A stretch of 64,000 bases of DNA from a virus (taxonomy: Duplodnaviria > Heunggongvirae > Uroviricota > Caudoviricetes): the IMG/VR virus record IMGVR_UViG_3300006155_000234, one strand, 5' to 3'. The notes beneath the pieces were generated by a model. It searched no databases. It was not told where the DNA came from and saw only the letters and a list, made by a program, of their open reading frames with translations. The translations under genes and the position numbers were made by a program. Positions 37,203 through 46,957 of the stretch are shown piece by piece (position 1 is the stretch's first letter; the number at the start of each line of letters is the position of its first letter).

Positions 37203-38456
37203 ATGTTTGATAGAGGTGAATTAGAGTATGCACTTCTTTTGAAAGTTGTGCAAGAGAAAAGATTTGAGATATTGTTAAAAAATGATATAACTGTTGAACA
37301 ATTTAGTGATATGGGTAAGGTAATGTATAGACATATCGAAGATTACTTAGATAAGTATTCTGAATATATGCATGTAAATCAGTTACTAAAAATGTTCAAC
37401 ATAGAACCTGAATTTTATACAGATTTAATGAATTTTGGAAATACAGAATTTTTAATAAAGCTTTTAAAAGGAAGTGTTGCATCTGAGGAAATTACAAATG
37501 AATTACAATTATTAAATTCAAATTCAGGTTTGGTTGGAAGTCAACCAATGGAATTTATAAAAAAGTTTGATGAAACAAATGACAGATTAAAAAGTATTGG
37601 TTTAGTTAAAAAGTCTGTAAATTTGTTAGATGATATAGATGAAATTTTACAGTTAGATGTAAATAATGTAATAAAGACAGGATTTAAAGAATTAGATAAT
37701 AAGTTAATAGGCTGGAATAAAGGGGAAGATTTAATAGTTTTGATGGGTAGACCTGGACAAGGTAAATCATTTTTAGGGTTAAAATTTGCTTTATCTGCAG
37801 CTCTTCAGGGTAAAAGAATTGGAATATACTCTGGTGAGATGTCAAAAGCTCAGGTACAAAGAAGATTATTAATGTTAAATAAATTAGGTAGGGCTTGGAG
37901 TGATAAAGAATCATTAGATGATATGAGAAGTAAACAATTAAATATGACACTTTTAACTCAAAGAGAGTTACAGGGAAAGGCAAATGTTAAAGATTTAGAA
38001 CAAATGATAGCAAAAGATGAATTAGATTTTTTATTTGTTGACCAATTATCATTAATGGATGATTATCGTCCAAAAGTATATGATACTAGAACTAGATTTT
38101 CAAATATCTCAGCAGACTTATTTACACTATCTACAAAGTATCAAATACCAATAATATTAGCAGTACAGAGTAATAGAGATGGTGGTATGCAAAAAGATGC
38201 ACCATTACTTGAAAATATAGCAGAATCTGACGCAGTAGGGCAAAATGCTACAAGAGTTATAGGTATGAGAAGGGAATCTAATATTTTGACAATGAATATA
38301 TCTAAAAATAGATATGGTGATGATACCTTTATGCAGAAATATGATGTTGAGTTTGCATTAGGTAAATTTACACCATTAATAACAACAGATATACCAAAAC
38401 CAGTAGCAGGTCAATCTCAAACAAGAAGAACATTAGGTTCTAGTACATTTAGATAA
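37203..38456 (+). CDS. dnaB: Replicative DNA helicase DnaB
   Basis: TGFKELDN, GRPGQGKS, YSGEM, FVDQL, AVQSNR, AESDAVGQNA, KNRYG. Confidence 0.93.
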   Translation: MFDRGELEYALLLKVVQEKRFEILLKNDITVEQFSDMGKVMYRHIEDYLDKYSEYMHVNQLLKMFNIEPEFYTDLMNFGNTEFLIKLLKGSVASEEITNELQLLNSNSGLVGSQPMEFIKKFDETNDRLKSIGLVKKSVNLLDDIDEILQLDVNNVIKTGFKELDNKLIGWNKGEDLIVLMGRPGQGKSFLGLKFALSAALQGKRIGIYSGEMSKAQVQRRLLMLNKLGRAWSDKESLDDMRSKQLNMTLLTQRELQGKANVKDLEQMIAKDELDFLFVDQLSLMDDYRPKVYDTRTRFSNISADLFTLSTKYQIPIILAVQSNRDGGMQKDAPLLENIAESDAVGQNATRVIGMRRESNILTMNISKNRYGDDTFMQKYDVEFALGKFTPLITTDIPKPVAGQSQTRRTLGSSTFR

Positions 38457-38469
38457 ATGGAGTTAAATT

Positions 38470-39492
38470 ATGTATGATGTGCAATATATTGAAAATTTAA
38501 GAGATTATATATTTTCAAAAACAGGAAAATATTATTTTAAAAATATTAGAGATGGTAAAGAAAATATATTAGTTACTTGTCCGAAACATAAAGAAGGACA
38601 AGAAAGACATCCAAGTTGTGGTTTTTCAAAAATAGACAAAGATAATATATCTGCTGGATTTTTTCATTGTTTTAATTGTGGTTTTACTGGAAATACCTAT
38701 GATGTTTTAAAGATGATATTGGGTGCAGATTTCAATAGGGATGAAGTAGATTCAAAATTAGGAATTGATGATTTAGAATTTGAATACAGATTAAATGCTA
38801 ACCCAGTTTTATTTACAATTCCAAACCTAACTCCTACTAAATATGTTAGTAGAAATGAATTAAAACAATATAGATATTATTCAAAGTATTTAGAAAGTAG
38901 AAATATATCAATGAATACAGCTAATAAATATGATGTTGGGTATGATGTAAGAACAGATGAGATAACATTCCCTATAAAAGATAAATATGGTAATTGTCTT
39001 GCAGTTGGTAGAAGAAGTGTTCAGAATAAAAGATATGAATATCCAAAAGGTTTTACAAAGCCAGTATATGGTGTATATGAGTTACCAAGTAGAATGGATA
39101 ATTTTTATGTTTATGTAGTTGAAGGACCTTTTAATTTATGGAGTTTATATGAGTATAAAAAGTGTGGTGTTGCTTTATTAGGAACAGGAACAAAAAATCA
39201 ATTAGAACAACTATTAACTATAAATTGTAAAGGTTATGTATTAGCATTAGACGGTGATTCTGCTGGTAGAAAGGGAAATATGAAAATTGCTAAATTTCTA
39301 TTAAAACATAAAAAAAGTGTATTTGTTGCATGTGTACCAGATTTTGAGGATATAAATAGTATGACATCTCAAATGTTCAAACAAATGGAAATAATGGAAT
39401 ATTGGGATTGGTTCCATACCATAACAAATAGATTTAATAGTTATGAATATAATACAAATGAGGATTTGACCTACGAAGATTTTATAGATTAA
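38470..39492 (+). CDS. dnaG: DNA primase (Zn finger + TOPRIM)
   Basis: CPKH...HCFNC, VVEGPFN, ALDGDSAG, DIN. Confidence 0.9.
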   Translation: MYDVQYIENLRDYIFSKTGKYYFKNIRDGKENILVTCPKHKEGQERHPSCGFSKIDKDNISAGFFHCFNCGFTGNTYDVLKMILGADFNRDEVDSKLGIDDLEFEYRLNANPVLFTIPNLTPTKYVSRNELKQYRYYSKYLESRNISMNTANKYDVGYDVRTDEITFPIKDKYGNCLAVGRRSVQNKRYEYPKGFTKPVYGVYELPSRMDNFYVYVVEGPFNLWSLYEYKKCGVALLGTGTKNQLEQLLTINCKGYVLALDGDSAGRKGNMKIAKFLLKHKKSVFVACVPDFEDINSMTSQMFKQMEIMEYWDWFHTITNRFNSYEYNTNEDLTYEDFID

Positions 39493-39513
39493 TTTAGATA
39501 ATTACATCTAAAT

Positions 39514-39526
39514 AAGATGTTATTAT
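39514..39526 (+). promoter_or_regulatory. AAGATGTTATTAT phage promoter motif
   Basis: Intergenic, upstream of the SSB leader. Confidence 0.6.
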
Positions 39527-39609
39527 ATATGAGGATATATTCCTTAAAATTTTTAAGTAAGCTCAATTTAGGGGATGAGCTCCCAGGCAAAGAAAGGAGA
39601 AATGTAACA

Positions 39610-40266
39610 ATGGGAAAAATATCATTGGAACAAGCAGGTAAATTAAATTCAGGAGGTGGAAAATACTTTAGTCTAAAAGCTGATGAAAGTAAGCAAGTAA
39701 GATTCCTATGGGATAGATGGGAAGAAGTTGGAAATGATTATTGTTATGGTGTACATGAAGTTAGTCATAAAACAGCAGATGGACAAATAAGATGGAATAC
39801 TATTGATTGTCCTAAAACATCTGACCCTAATGCACATTGTAAATATTGTAATGGAGAGGTAACAAATCACGATGGTAAGAGAAGTGGACAAGTAGGTAGA
39901 ATAATCATACCTTTATATAATATTGAAGAAGATTGTATTCAATATTGGAAAAAGAGTGATAAATGGGTTACAGGTACATTAAAACCAGTATTAGATGAAG
40001 CAGCAAATATGTCAAGTATTGCAAATCAAACTTATAAAATAAAAAGAACTGGAAATGGATTAGATACTACATATTCTGTAATACCAGTCTTAAATGCTTC
40101 CGATAATAGAACTAAAAAAGATTTTGGTGAAATAGAAGACCCATATAAACTAAATATGATTTTAAATTATGATGCTAATAATCAAGCACAAGGACAAGTA
40201 CAAACACAAAATCAACCACAACCAAGTCAAGATTATCAACCAAGAAGAACAACAGAAGTATTTTAG
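39610..40266 (+). CDS. ssb: Single-stranded DNA-binding protein (gp32-like)
   Basis: Start at ATG 39610 (AAAGGAG RBS); YFSLK...VRFL, CP...C..C Zn site, YKIKRTG.GLDT.YSV; located between primase and polymerase. Confidence 0.75.
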   Translation: MGKISLEQAGKLNSGGGKYFSLKADESKQVRFLWDRWEEVGNDYCYGVHEVSHKTADGQIRWNTIDCPKTSDPNAHCKYCNGEVTNHDGKRSGQVGRIIIPLYNIEEDCIQYWKKSDKWVTGTLKPVLDEAANMSSIANQTYKIKRTGNGLDTTYSVIPVLNASDNRTKKDFGEIEDPYKLNMILNYDANNQAQGQVQTQNQPQPSQDYQPRRTTEVF

Positions 40267-40282
40267 ATAGTGGGGTGTATTT

Positions 40283-42538
40283 ATGGCAGATTTGTTTAAT
40301 TTAACATCAAATCTACAAGCATCTTCTTCTGTTAGAAAAACAAAGAAAAGTGGAGGTATGGGGTTAGGAGAAAGAATAGTAGAGGCTAATGTTTTAGTTG
40401 AAAAGAGTTTAGGAAATTATAAAAAATTATGTAGAAAGATTATAACATTAGACGAACTAATCTCATATTTTGAAAATTCAGGAGATATTATTGCAATAGA
40501 TACTGAAACAATGGGATTAAATTATTTTAGCGATTATATTGTAGGTATCTCAATGAGTGACGGAGGGGATGGTGTATATATCCCTCTTAATCACTCAAGT
40601 TATGTATATGGTGGTAGGACTATGGGACAACTTGAGGTAAAAGATGTTGCAGAAGTATTTAAAAAATACAAAGACAGCAAAAAATGGGTTTACCATAATG
40701 GAAAGTTCGACCATAATGTATTAAAGACTGCATTTGGATATTGGATGCCTATGCAATATTGGGATACTCTTATATTTGCTCATTTATATAGAAGTAATGA
40801 AGAGCATGGTTTGAAGTATCTATATAATAAATATATTGCAGAAGAAGACGAAGGTGTAAATAAATTTGATAAACTATTTAATGGTTTAACATTTGATTTA
40901 ATTCCAATAGATACAGCAACAATATATGCTGGTAAGGATGCTATAATGACTTATAAATTATTTGAATGGCAAAGAAGTATATTAGATACAGAATTTGCAG
41001 AATCGAAAGATTTATTTTTAAATATAGAAAATCCATTATCTTATTATGTTGCAGAAATGCAAAGAACAGGTGTTGAATATGATATGAAAGCATCTGATGA
41101 ATTAAGTCAAACATTATTGGAACAACAAAAAGAAAAAGAGCAACTTGTTTATGCAGAAATAGATAAATATAAAAGTCAAATAGATGAATATAAAATAACA
41201 CATCCTAAAAACCCTTTAGAAGACCCAATAAATCTAAAAAGTGAAAAACAATTAAGTACATTGTTTTATCAAATTATAGGATATAAAACAAAAGCAGGGA
41301 AAGGTACAGGTAAAGAAATATTGTTAGAATTGAATACACCATTAACTAAAGCATTATTAGAGTTAAGAACACTAACAAAGTTAATAGATGCATTTATAGT
41401 AAGTTTACCTGGATTTATAGAACCATCAACAGGAAGAATACATACAAATCTAAATCAAGATGGAACTGAAACTGGTAGGTTTAGTTCTAGTAAACCAAAC
41501 TTACAACAAATTCCTGCAAGAAACCCAATAGGCAAAAAGATAAGACAATTATTTAAAGCATCTGATGGTTATGTAATGATGAGTTCAGACTTTAGTCAGC
41601 AAGAACCACGTATTTTATGTCATTTATGTAATGATGAGCATTTAAGACAGGCTTATGCTGATGGTAAGGATATATATGCTGAAATGGCATCAAAAGCATT
41701 TCATAAATCTTATGATGAGTGTAGAGAATTCTATACTGATGAAAATGGGAATAAGATTTTAGGTGATGATGGCGAACCATTATTGAATAAAGAAGGCAAG
41801 AAAAGAAGGTCAAAAATAAAAGGTGTATTATTAGGCTTGTTATACGGAGAATCAACTGCTACTATGGCTGAAGGTGCTGGTATATCAACACAAGAGGCAC
41901 AACAAATAATTGATGATTTCTTTACTGCATATCCTAGAATACAAGAGTATATTAACAGTCAACAGAAATTAGCAAAAGAAAGAGGATATACATTAACCTT
42001 ATGGGGTAGAAAAAGAATAATACCAAATATACAGAGAGATGAGTTTGAATTCTCATATAATGAGAATAGAAAGGTTGACTTTAATCCTATGTTTTGGAGC
42101 GATGATGTTGCAAGTGTAGAGGTTAAAGAAGAAACTAAACAATTTTATATTCAAAAACTACAAAATGCTAACTATACTAAAAGAATGAAAATAATAGAAA
42201 ATGCAAAATTAGCTGGAATTGATATTAGAGATAATAGAAGTTATATTGCTGAAGCAAATAGAAAAGTTGTTAATAGTATAGTGCAAGGTAGTGCAGCAGA
42301 TATGAGTAAGTTAGCAATGTTAAAGATAGCAACTAATAAAGAAATGAGGGAATTAGGTTTTAGGCAATTATTCCCAGTACATGACGAAATCATAGGAGAG
42401 TGTCCTATGGAAAATAAGGATAGGTGTGCAGAATTAATGAGCCAAATGATGATAGAGGCAGGTGCATCTAAAGTTACAGTGCCTATGAAATGTGACGTTG
42501 CAAAATTCCTAAATTGGGAAGGTGACGGTGTTAAATAA
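40283..42538 (+). CDS. polA: Family A DNA polymerase (3'-5' exonuclease + polymerase)
   Basis: AIDTET, HNGKFD, YAGKDA; TETGRFSSSKPNLQQIP, DFSQQEPR, LGLLYG, VQGSAAD, VHDE. Confidence 0.95.
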   Translation: MADLFNLTSNLQASSSVRKTKKSGGMGLGERIVEANVLVEKSLGNYKKLCRKIITLDELISYFENSGDIIAIDTETMGLNYFSDYIVGISMSDGGDGVYIPLNHSSYVYGGRTMGQLEVKDVAEVFKKYKDSKKWVYHNGKFDHNVLKTAFGYWMPMQYWDTLIFAHLYRSNEEHGLKYLYNKYIAEEDEGVNKFDKLFNGLTFDLIPIDTATIYAGKDAIMTYKLFEWQRSILDTEFAESKDLFLNIENPLSYYVAEMQRTGVEYDMKASDELSQTLLEQQKEKEQLVYAEIDKYKSQIDEYKITHPKNPLEDPINLKSEKQLSTLFYQIIGYKTKAGKGTGKEILLELNTPLTKALLELRTLTKLIDAFIVSLPGFIEPSTGRIHTNLNQDGTETGRFSSSKPNLQQIPARNPIGKKIRQLFKASDGYVMMSSDFSQQEPRILCHLCNDEHLRQAYADGKDIYAEMASKAFHKSYDECREFYTDENGNKILGDDGEPLLNKEGKKRRSKIKGVLLGLLYGESTATMAEGAGISTQEAQQIIDDFFTAYPRIQEYINSQQKLAKERGYTLTLWGRKRIIPNIQRDEFEFSYNENRKVDFNPMFWSDDVASVEVKEETKQFYIQKLQNANYTKRMKIIENAKLAGIDIRDNRSYIAEANRKVVNSIVQGSAADMSKLAMLKIATNKEMRELGFRQLFPVHDEIIGECPMENKDRCAELMSQMMIEAGASKVTVPMKCDVAKFLNWEGDGVK

Positions 42539-42561
42539 TTTTATTATAAAGGAGAATTGTT

Positions 42562-43911
42562 ATGGAAGAAAATCAAAATTTTGGAATACCATCAGAAGAT
42601 AGGGGTGTTCAAATTAATTCAGATGAAGGTGTAAGTATTACAAATAATTATAGTGAAGGTGTTACAGCACAAGCAGTTTATACTCAACCACAAGAACCTA
42701 TAAATGAAGTGCAAGAAGAGGCACAAGCAGTAAACCAACCACCAGTACAAGCACAACCACAAACAATAATACAAGAAGTAACACCTATGGAAGGAAATGG
42801 GTTTAAAGTAAAAACAAGTCTTTTAAAAGAAGCTCTTAAAAAAGCAGATGTTGTAGCAAGTAAAGTAGAATTAGACCCAATTACAGAAGTAGTTATGTTT
42901 AGGGTTGTAGGGAATGTACTACAAGTAAGGTCAACAGATAGAGAAAATATTTTAACAGTTAATGTACCAGTTATTCAAGCAACAGATGGTACTATAATTA
43001 CTTTAAAAATATCCGATATTAAACCATTAATAGACAGATTAAATTCAGAAGAGGTAACAGTTGTTGCAGATAATTTAGTAGCAAAAGTTAGTGTTGCATC
43101 TGGGGAATATAATTATAATCAAGCAATAGACTTAACAACTAATTCAGTAATTGTATTACCTGATATAGATAAGGATTCAATATTGATAAATGAAACAGTT
43201 GAATTAGATAAATCTCAATTTTTACCACATATAGAATCTGTATATCCTATTATATCTGGATTACCTAATACATCAGCATTATCAGCAATACATTTTGGAG
43301 AATTTATATCTGCAACAACAGGAGATAATATTGCAGTTGTTAGAGAAAATCTAACACCTTTATTTAGAACAACTGCTTTTATAAAATCTTCAACAATTAA
43401 AGATATAATATCAATGGGAACAGATGATAAAATTCGTATTGGGTTTGGACAATTAAATGGAATTGCAACAATGTGTATATATTCAGGAGAATATAGATTA
43501 TATTCAGTATTGAAGGAAGAAGAAAGTGAATACCCTATAACAGAAATAAGTGATATTCTAAATTCTAATAAAGGGACAACAATTAAACTAAATAAGGCTA
43601 GTTTATTAGGTTCAATAGATAGATTAACATTATTCTTTATATCTTCTGTTGTAAGACAAATATTAGATTTTGAGATTACTAATGGTGTATTAAAAGTGTC
43701 AAATGAAAGTAAAGCATTTGAAACATTACCAGTATCATCTACTAATAATCTTAAAATAAAATTTGATGTAAAAGATTTAGTAACTATATTAAAAGCATTA
43801 AAAACAGATGATGTCATTATAGAACCAATAGTAAATGGGGACGAACCAGTAACACATGTTCAAATTAGTGATGGTAATAAAAATGCTTATGTTATAGGTG
43901 TTGCTATATAA
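42562..43911 (+). CDS. dnaN: Beta sliding-clamp-like protein with acidic/Q-rich N-extension
   Basis: Three repeated DnaN-like segments (L..RSTDRE; ATTGDNIAV; LNK..L...IDRL; IKFDVK.L..IL..L..D.V.I); follows polA. Confidence 0.65.
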   Translation: MEENQNFGIPSEDRGVQINSDEGVSITNNYSEGVTAQAVYTQPQEPINEVQEEAQAVNQPPVQAQPQTIIQEVTPMEGNGFKVKTSLLKEALKKADVVASKVELDPITEVVMFRVVGNVLQVRSTDRENILTVNVPVIQATDGTIITLKISDIKPLIDRLNSEEVTVVADNLVAKVSVASGEYNYNQAIDLTTNSVIVLPDIDKDSILINETVELDKSQFLPHIESVYPIISGLPNTSALSAIHFGEFISATTGDNIAVVRENLTPLFRTTAFIKSSTIKDIISMGTDDKIRIGFGQLNGIATMCIYSGEYRLYSVLKEEESEYPITEISDILNSNKGTTIKLNKASLLGSIDRLTLFFISSVVRQILDFEITNGVLKVSNESKAFETLPVSSTNNLKIKFDVKDLVTILKALKTDDVIIEPIVNGDEPVTHVQISDGNKNAYVIGVAI

Positions 43912-43922
43912 TATAAAGGTAG

Positions 43923-44366
43923 GTGTGTAAAATGAGTAAGGCTAAAAGAATAGGAACAGCTGCTGAAACAGCAGTTGTTAAATATATGATAGAATGTGGA
44001 TATGCAGATACAAAAAGAGTAGTATTACATGGAAATAGAGATGAGGGAGATATTCATATAGGCTGTAACAGTGAAGGTACTCCTAGTATAATTATTGAAG
44101 TAAAATCAAGAAAAAATGAATGTACTTATAAAGAAATAGATGGTTTTATGAAAGAATTAGAAGAAGAGTGTAAGAATACTTGGGGAGATATTATTGTTGA
44201 TAATGATAGAGTACCATTTTACAAAGCCTACCTTATTGTTAAAAGACCTGGAAAAGGTAAGGTTGAAGATTGGTGGTTATGTTGGTTAAACAGACCACTA
44301 AACCAAAAACCTGTAATTGTTAGGTGTAGACTTGGAGATTACTTTATGAAAAAAGAGGTAAATTAA
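43923..44366 (+). CDS. Holliday-junction-resolvase-like PD-(D/E)xK nuclease
   Basis: K.IGT.AE..VV.Y, LHG.RDEGDI, IIEVK. Confidence 0.75.
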   Translation: MCKMSKAKRIGTAAETAVVKYMIECGYADTKRVVLHGNRDEGDIHIGCNSEGTPSIIIEVKSRKNECTYKEIDGFMKELEEECKNTWGDIIVDNDRVPFYKAYLIVKRPGKGKVEDWWLCWLNRPLNQKPVIVRCRLGDYFMKKEVN

Positions 44367-44367
44367 T

Positions 44368-44871
44368 ATGAGTAATGACAGATTTCAAATATCAGGAAAA
44401 ATAGAAGAAAGAAGTCAACCTATACAAGAGGTTGTTGAAAAAATAGTAGATAAGTACTGTAAAGATTTAGATAGAATTATGGAAACAATAAAAAAATGGC
44501 TTAATGATGAAAGTAATGCTTTGAATGACCAGGAATTAGAAGATTTAATGATTAGAATACCACTATTTTTATATGATGTTTGTTCTAGTCAGGAACTTGT
44601 AGGTTTACAAAGCTCCATTGCAGACCAGATACATAAAGAATCATATTCAGAAGCATTTAGAATGGCAAGGGGTACTATTGCTGATAAAAATAGTGTTGCA
44701 GATTTGAACACTAGGAGTGAGCAATTAGAAAAGATTATATTTGATAGGGCATATAAGGGAATTAAACTCAAAATAGAAATGGCAACTGAAATGTTAGCAA
44801 GCATAAAGAAGGTACAATCAGCAAGAATGCAACAATATGATATGAGTAGGTTTGCAAGTAATAGAATGTAA
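44368..44871 (+). CDS. Helical hypothetical protein (recombination-mediator position)
   Basis: ORF track; between the resolvase and recA. Confidence 0.65.
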   Translation: MSNDRFQISGKIEERSQPIQEVVEKIVDKYCKDLDRIMETIKKWLNDESNALNDQELEDLMIRIPLFLYDVCSSQELVGLQSSIADQIHKESYSEAFRMARGTIADKNSVADLNTRSEQLEKIIFDRAYKGIKLKIEMATEMLASIKKVQSARMQQYDMSRFASNRM

Positions 44872-44885
44872 TAAGGAGGAATTTC

Positions 44886-45971
44886 ATGAGTAGATTAGAT
44901 GACTTGATGAAGAATGTAAACAAGAAATATGGAGAGGTAATTACAGAAGGACAAGCAGAGTTAGTTTATGATAAAATACCTTTTACTGCACCTAGACTAA
45001 ATTACATGACTTATGGTGGTTTAGTTGAAGGAAGATTTCACATGTTTGCAGGAACAGAGGGTAGTGGTAAAACCCTTACAGCATTAGATGTATGTAAAAA
45101 TGCTATGGAAAAATACCCAGATAAAAAAGTATTTTATGCAGATTTAGAACAAACATTAGACCCAGTATGGGGATTAAAAAATGGTGTAGATATAAATAAA
45201 TTCATAATATTTAAACCAGATGTATGTGAAACAGAGATGGTATTAGATACTTTGGTAGAAGCAATTAAAACAGAGGAATGTAGTTTAGTAGTATTGGATA
45301 GTATTCCAACGATGGTATCAGGACAAATAATGGGTGATAGTGTAGGACAAAATAAGTATGGTGGAAATGCTCAAGCAATAGCAAGATTTTGTAATAAAGT
45401 ACAGGGATTAATTAGACGTACAAATACAACAGTATTATTTATAAACCAAGTTAGAGATGACTTAAATTCTCCTTATGGTGGATTTATAACTCCTGGAGGT
45501 AGAGCCTTGAAATTTGCATTATCAACATGGCTTGAATTTAGAAAAGGTAAATTTATAGACATAGATGGAAAAGAATTAACAAATAGTGCAGAAAATCCAG
45601 CAGGTAATCTTGTAAATGTTACATTAAAGAAAAGTAAGGTATGTGTAAGTGATAGAAGATTAGGATATTATACTTTGAATTATGTACATGGAATCGATAC
45701 TATTGCAGATTATGTTGAAATAGGTTTGCAAGTTGGTGTACTAAATCAAAAGGGTTCATTCTTTGATGTTATTGACCCAGAAACAGGTGAGGTACTTAAC
45801 CCAAATAAAATACAAGGAAGAGTAAAATTGAAAGAACAACTTGCAGAACATAAAGATTGGATTGACCTTATAGATAACCAATTACAAGATAAAGAGATAG
45901 AAGATTTAATATCTAAAGCAGAATTAGATAAAGCAAATTTATATCTAAACGATTCAAAGGACACAGATTAG
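44886..45971 (+). CDS. recA: RecA recombinase
   Basis: GTEGSGKT, DLEQTLD, VVLDSI, FINQVR, TPGGRALKF. Confidence 0.93.
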   Translation: MSRLDDLMKNVNKKYGEVITEGQAELVYDKIPFTAPRLNYMTYGGLVEGRFHMFAGTEGSGKTLTALDVCKNAMEKYPDKKVFYADLEQTLDPVWGLKNGVDINKFIIFKPDVCETEMVLDTLVEAIKTEECSLVVLDSIPTMVSGQIMGDSVGQNKYGGNAQAIARFCNKVQGLIRRTNTTVLFINQVRDDLNSPYGGFITPGGRALKFALSTWLEFRKGKFIDIDGKELTNSAENPAGNLVNVTLKKSKVCVSDRRLGYYTLNYVHGIDTIADYVEIGLQVGVLNQKGSFFDVIDPETGEVLNPNKIQGRVKLKEQLAEHKDWIDLIDNQLQDKEIEDLISKAELDKANLYLNDSKDTD

Positions 45972-46255
45972 TGGAAACAAAAGAACAAGAGTTAGGGAGA
46001 TATAAGCATGAGGTACATTGTTATTTAGATACATTATGGCTTATATCTTCTAATAAATCACAAGCAAGAAATTCTTGGTATAATTGGTTAGCCTTGCAAA
46101 TGGGTAAAGATAGAAAAGACACACATGTTTCAAAGTTTGATTTAGAAGACTGTAAATTAGCATTACATATTTTAAAGAAAAAATATATACAATTAACAGG
46201 TAAGAGAAATATATCAAAATCTCAAAAGAAGGCTATGGGAAGGAGGAAAAAGTAA
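45971..46255 (+). CDS. Small basic protein (DUF3268 C-terminal-like)
   Basis: H..LD.LW......R...Y.WLA.QMG.....HVS.F....C pattern. Confidence 0.55.
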   Translation: METKEQELGRYKHEVHCYLDTLWLISSNKSQARNSWYNWLALQMGKDRKDTHVSKFDLEDCKLALHILKKKYIQLTGKRNISKSQKKAMGRRKK

Positions 46256-46656
46256 TGTATATTACATATAGTATATTTAGAAGTAAAAATGGTGAACACA
46301 TTGATACAAGAAAAATTAGCTTACCAATAGGAGATTTTAGACAACTGCTAAATTTAGATGGAATTATAGTATCTGTTTTGAAGAGAGATATTGAATCATT
46401 ACCTATTATTAAAAAATTTGGTACTGCTTATGTAGGAGAAACAAGATGTATTGAATTTGAGATAGTAGATGAAGATAATACAGATGCAATGAATGAAGAA
46501 CAATTTAGAGAGTATTTTAAAGATATTTCAAATGTACCTCTTAAATGGTCAAAGAAGGAGAATGTTGAAAATGAAAAAGAAAGTACCAACAAGACAAGTG
46601 AGCACAAAACAAGAAAAAGCAATAGCAAAACAACTGAGAATGAAAAGAACAAGTAA
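46255..46656 (+). CDS. Hypothetical protein
   Basis: ORF track. Confidence 0.55.
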   Translation: MYITYSIFRSKNGEHIDTRKISLPIGDFRQLLNLDGIIVSVLKRDIESLPIIKKFGTAYVGETRCIEFEIVDEDNTDAMNEEQFREYFKDISNVPLKWSKKENVENEKESTNKTSEHKTRKSNSKTTENEKNK

Positions 46657-46912
46657 TTCTGGTGCAACTCCCTATGATAAAGGAGACCTACAGGATGAAA
46701 GATGGGTTGTAGAGGCAAAAACTTGCATGCAACCCAAGAAATCATTCTCTATTAAAAAAGATTGGTTAGATACATTGAGAGAAGAGATGTATGCTTCAAA
46801 TAAAGATTATAGAGCACTATGTTTTGATTTTGGTGATGAGAAAGATAGGTACTATATTTTAGATGAGGGTACATTTTCTTATATAAAGGAAATACTAGAT
46901 AATCAAGAATAA
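46571..46912 (+). CDS. Second PD-(D/E)xK resolvase-like nuclease
   Basis: STKQEKAIAK, NSGAT..KGD, VEAKT; AAGGAG RBS before ATG 46571. Confidence 0.7.
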   Translation: MKKKVPTRQVSTKQEKAIAKQLRMKRTSNSGATPYDKGDLQDERWVVEAKTCMQPKKSFSIKKDWLDTLREEMYASNKDYRALCFDFGDEKDRYYILDEGTFSYIKEILDNQE

Positions 46913-46924
46913 AGATGTTATAAT
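46912..46924 (+). promoter_or_regulatory. AAGATGTTATAAT phage promoter motif
   Basis: Full consensus copy upstream of dnaX. Confidence 0.7.
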
Positions 46925-46957
46925 TACTGATATAATAAGTTTAGGAGGCATTTTTAT

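Noticed and set aside
39560-39584. H-type pseudoknot in the SSB leader
   Set aside because: The second stem would need a zero-length connecting loop, which is sterically implausible; kept only as alternative hairpins.
41700-42260. Intein or intron in the DNA polymerase insertions
   Set aside because: The inserts are short and in frame, and lack intein Cys/Ser...His-Asn ends or an endonuclease; they look like ordinary phage-polymerase loops.
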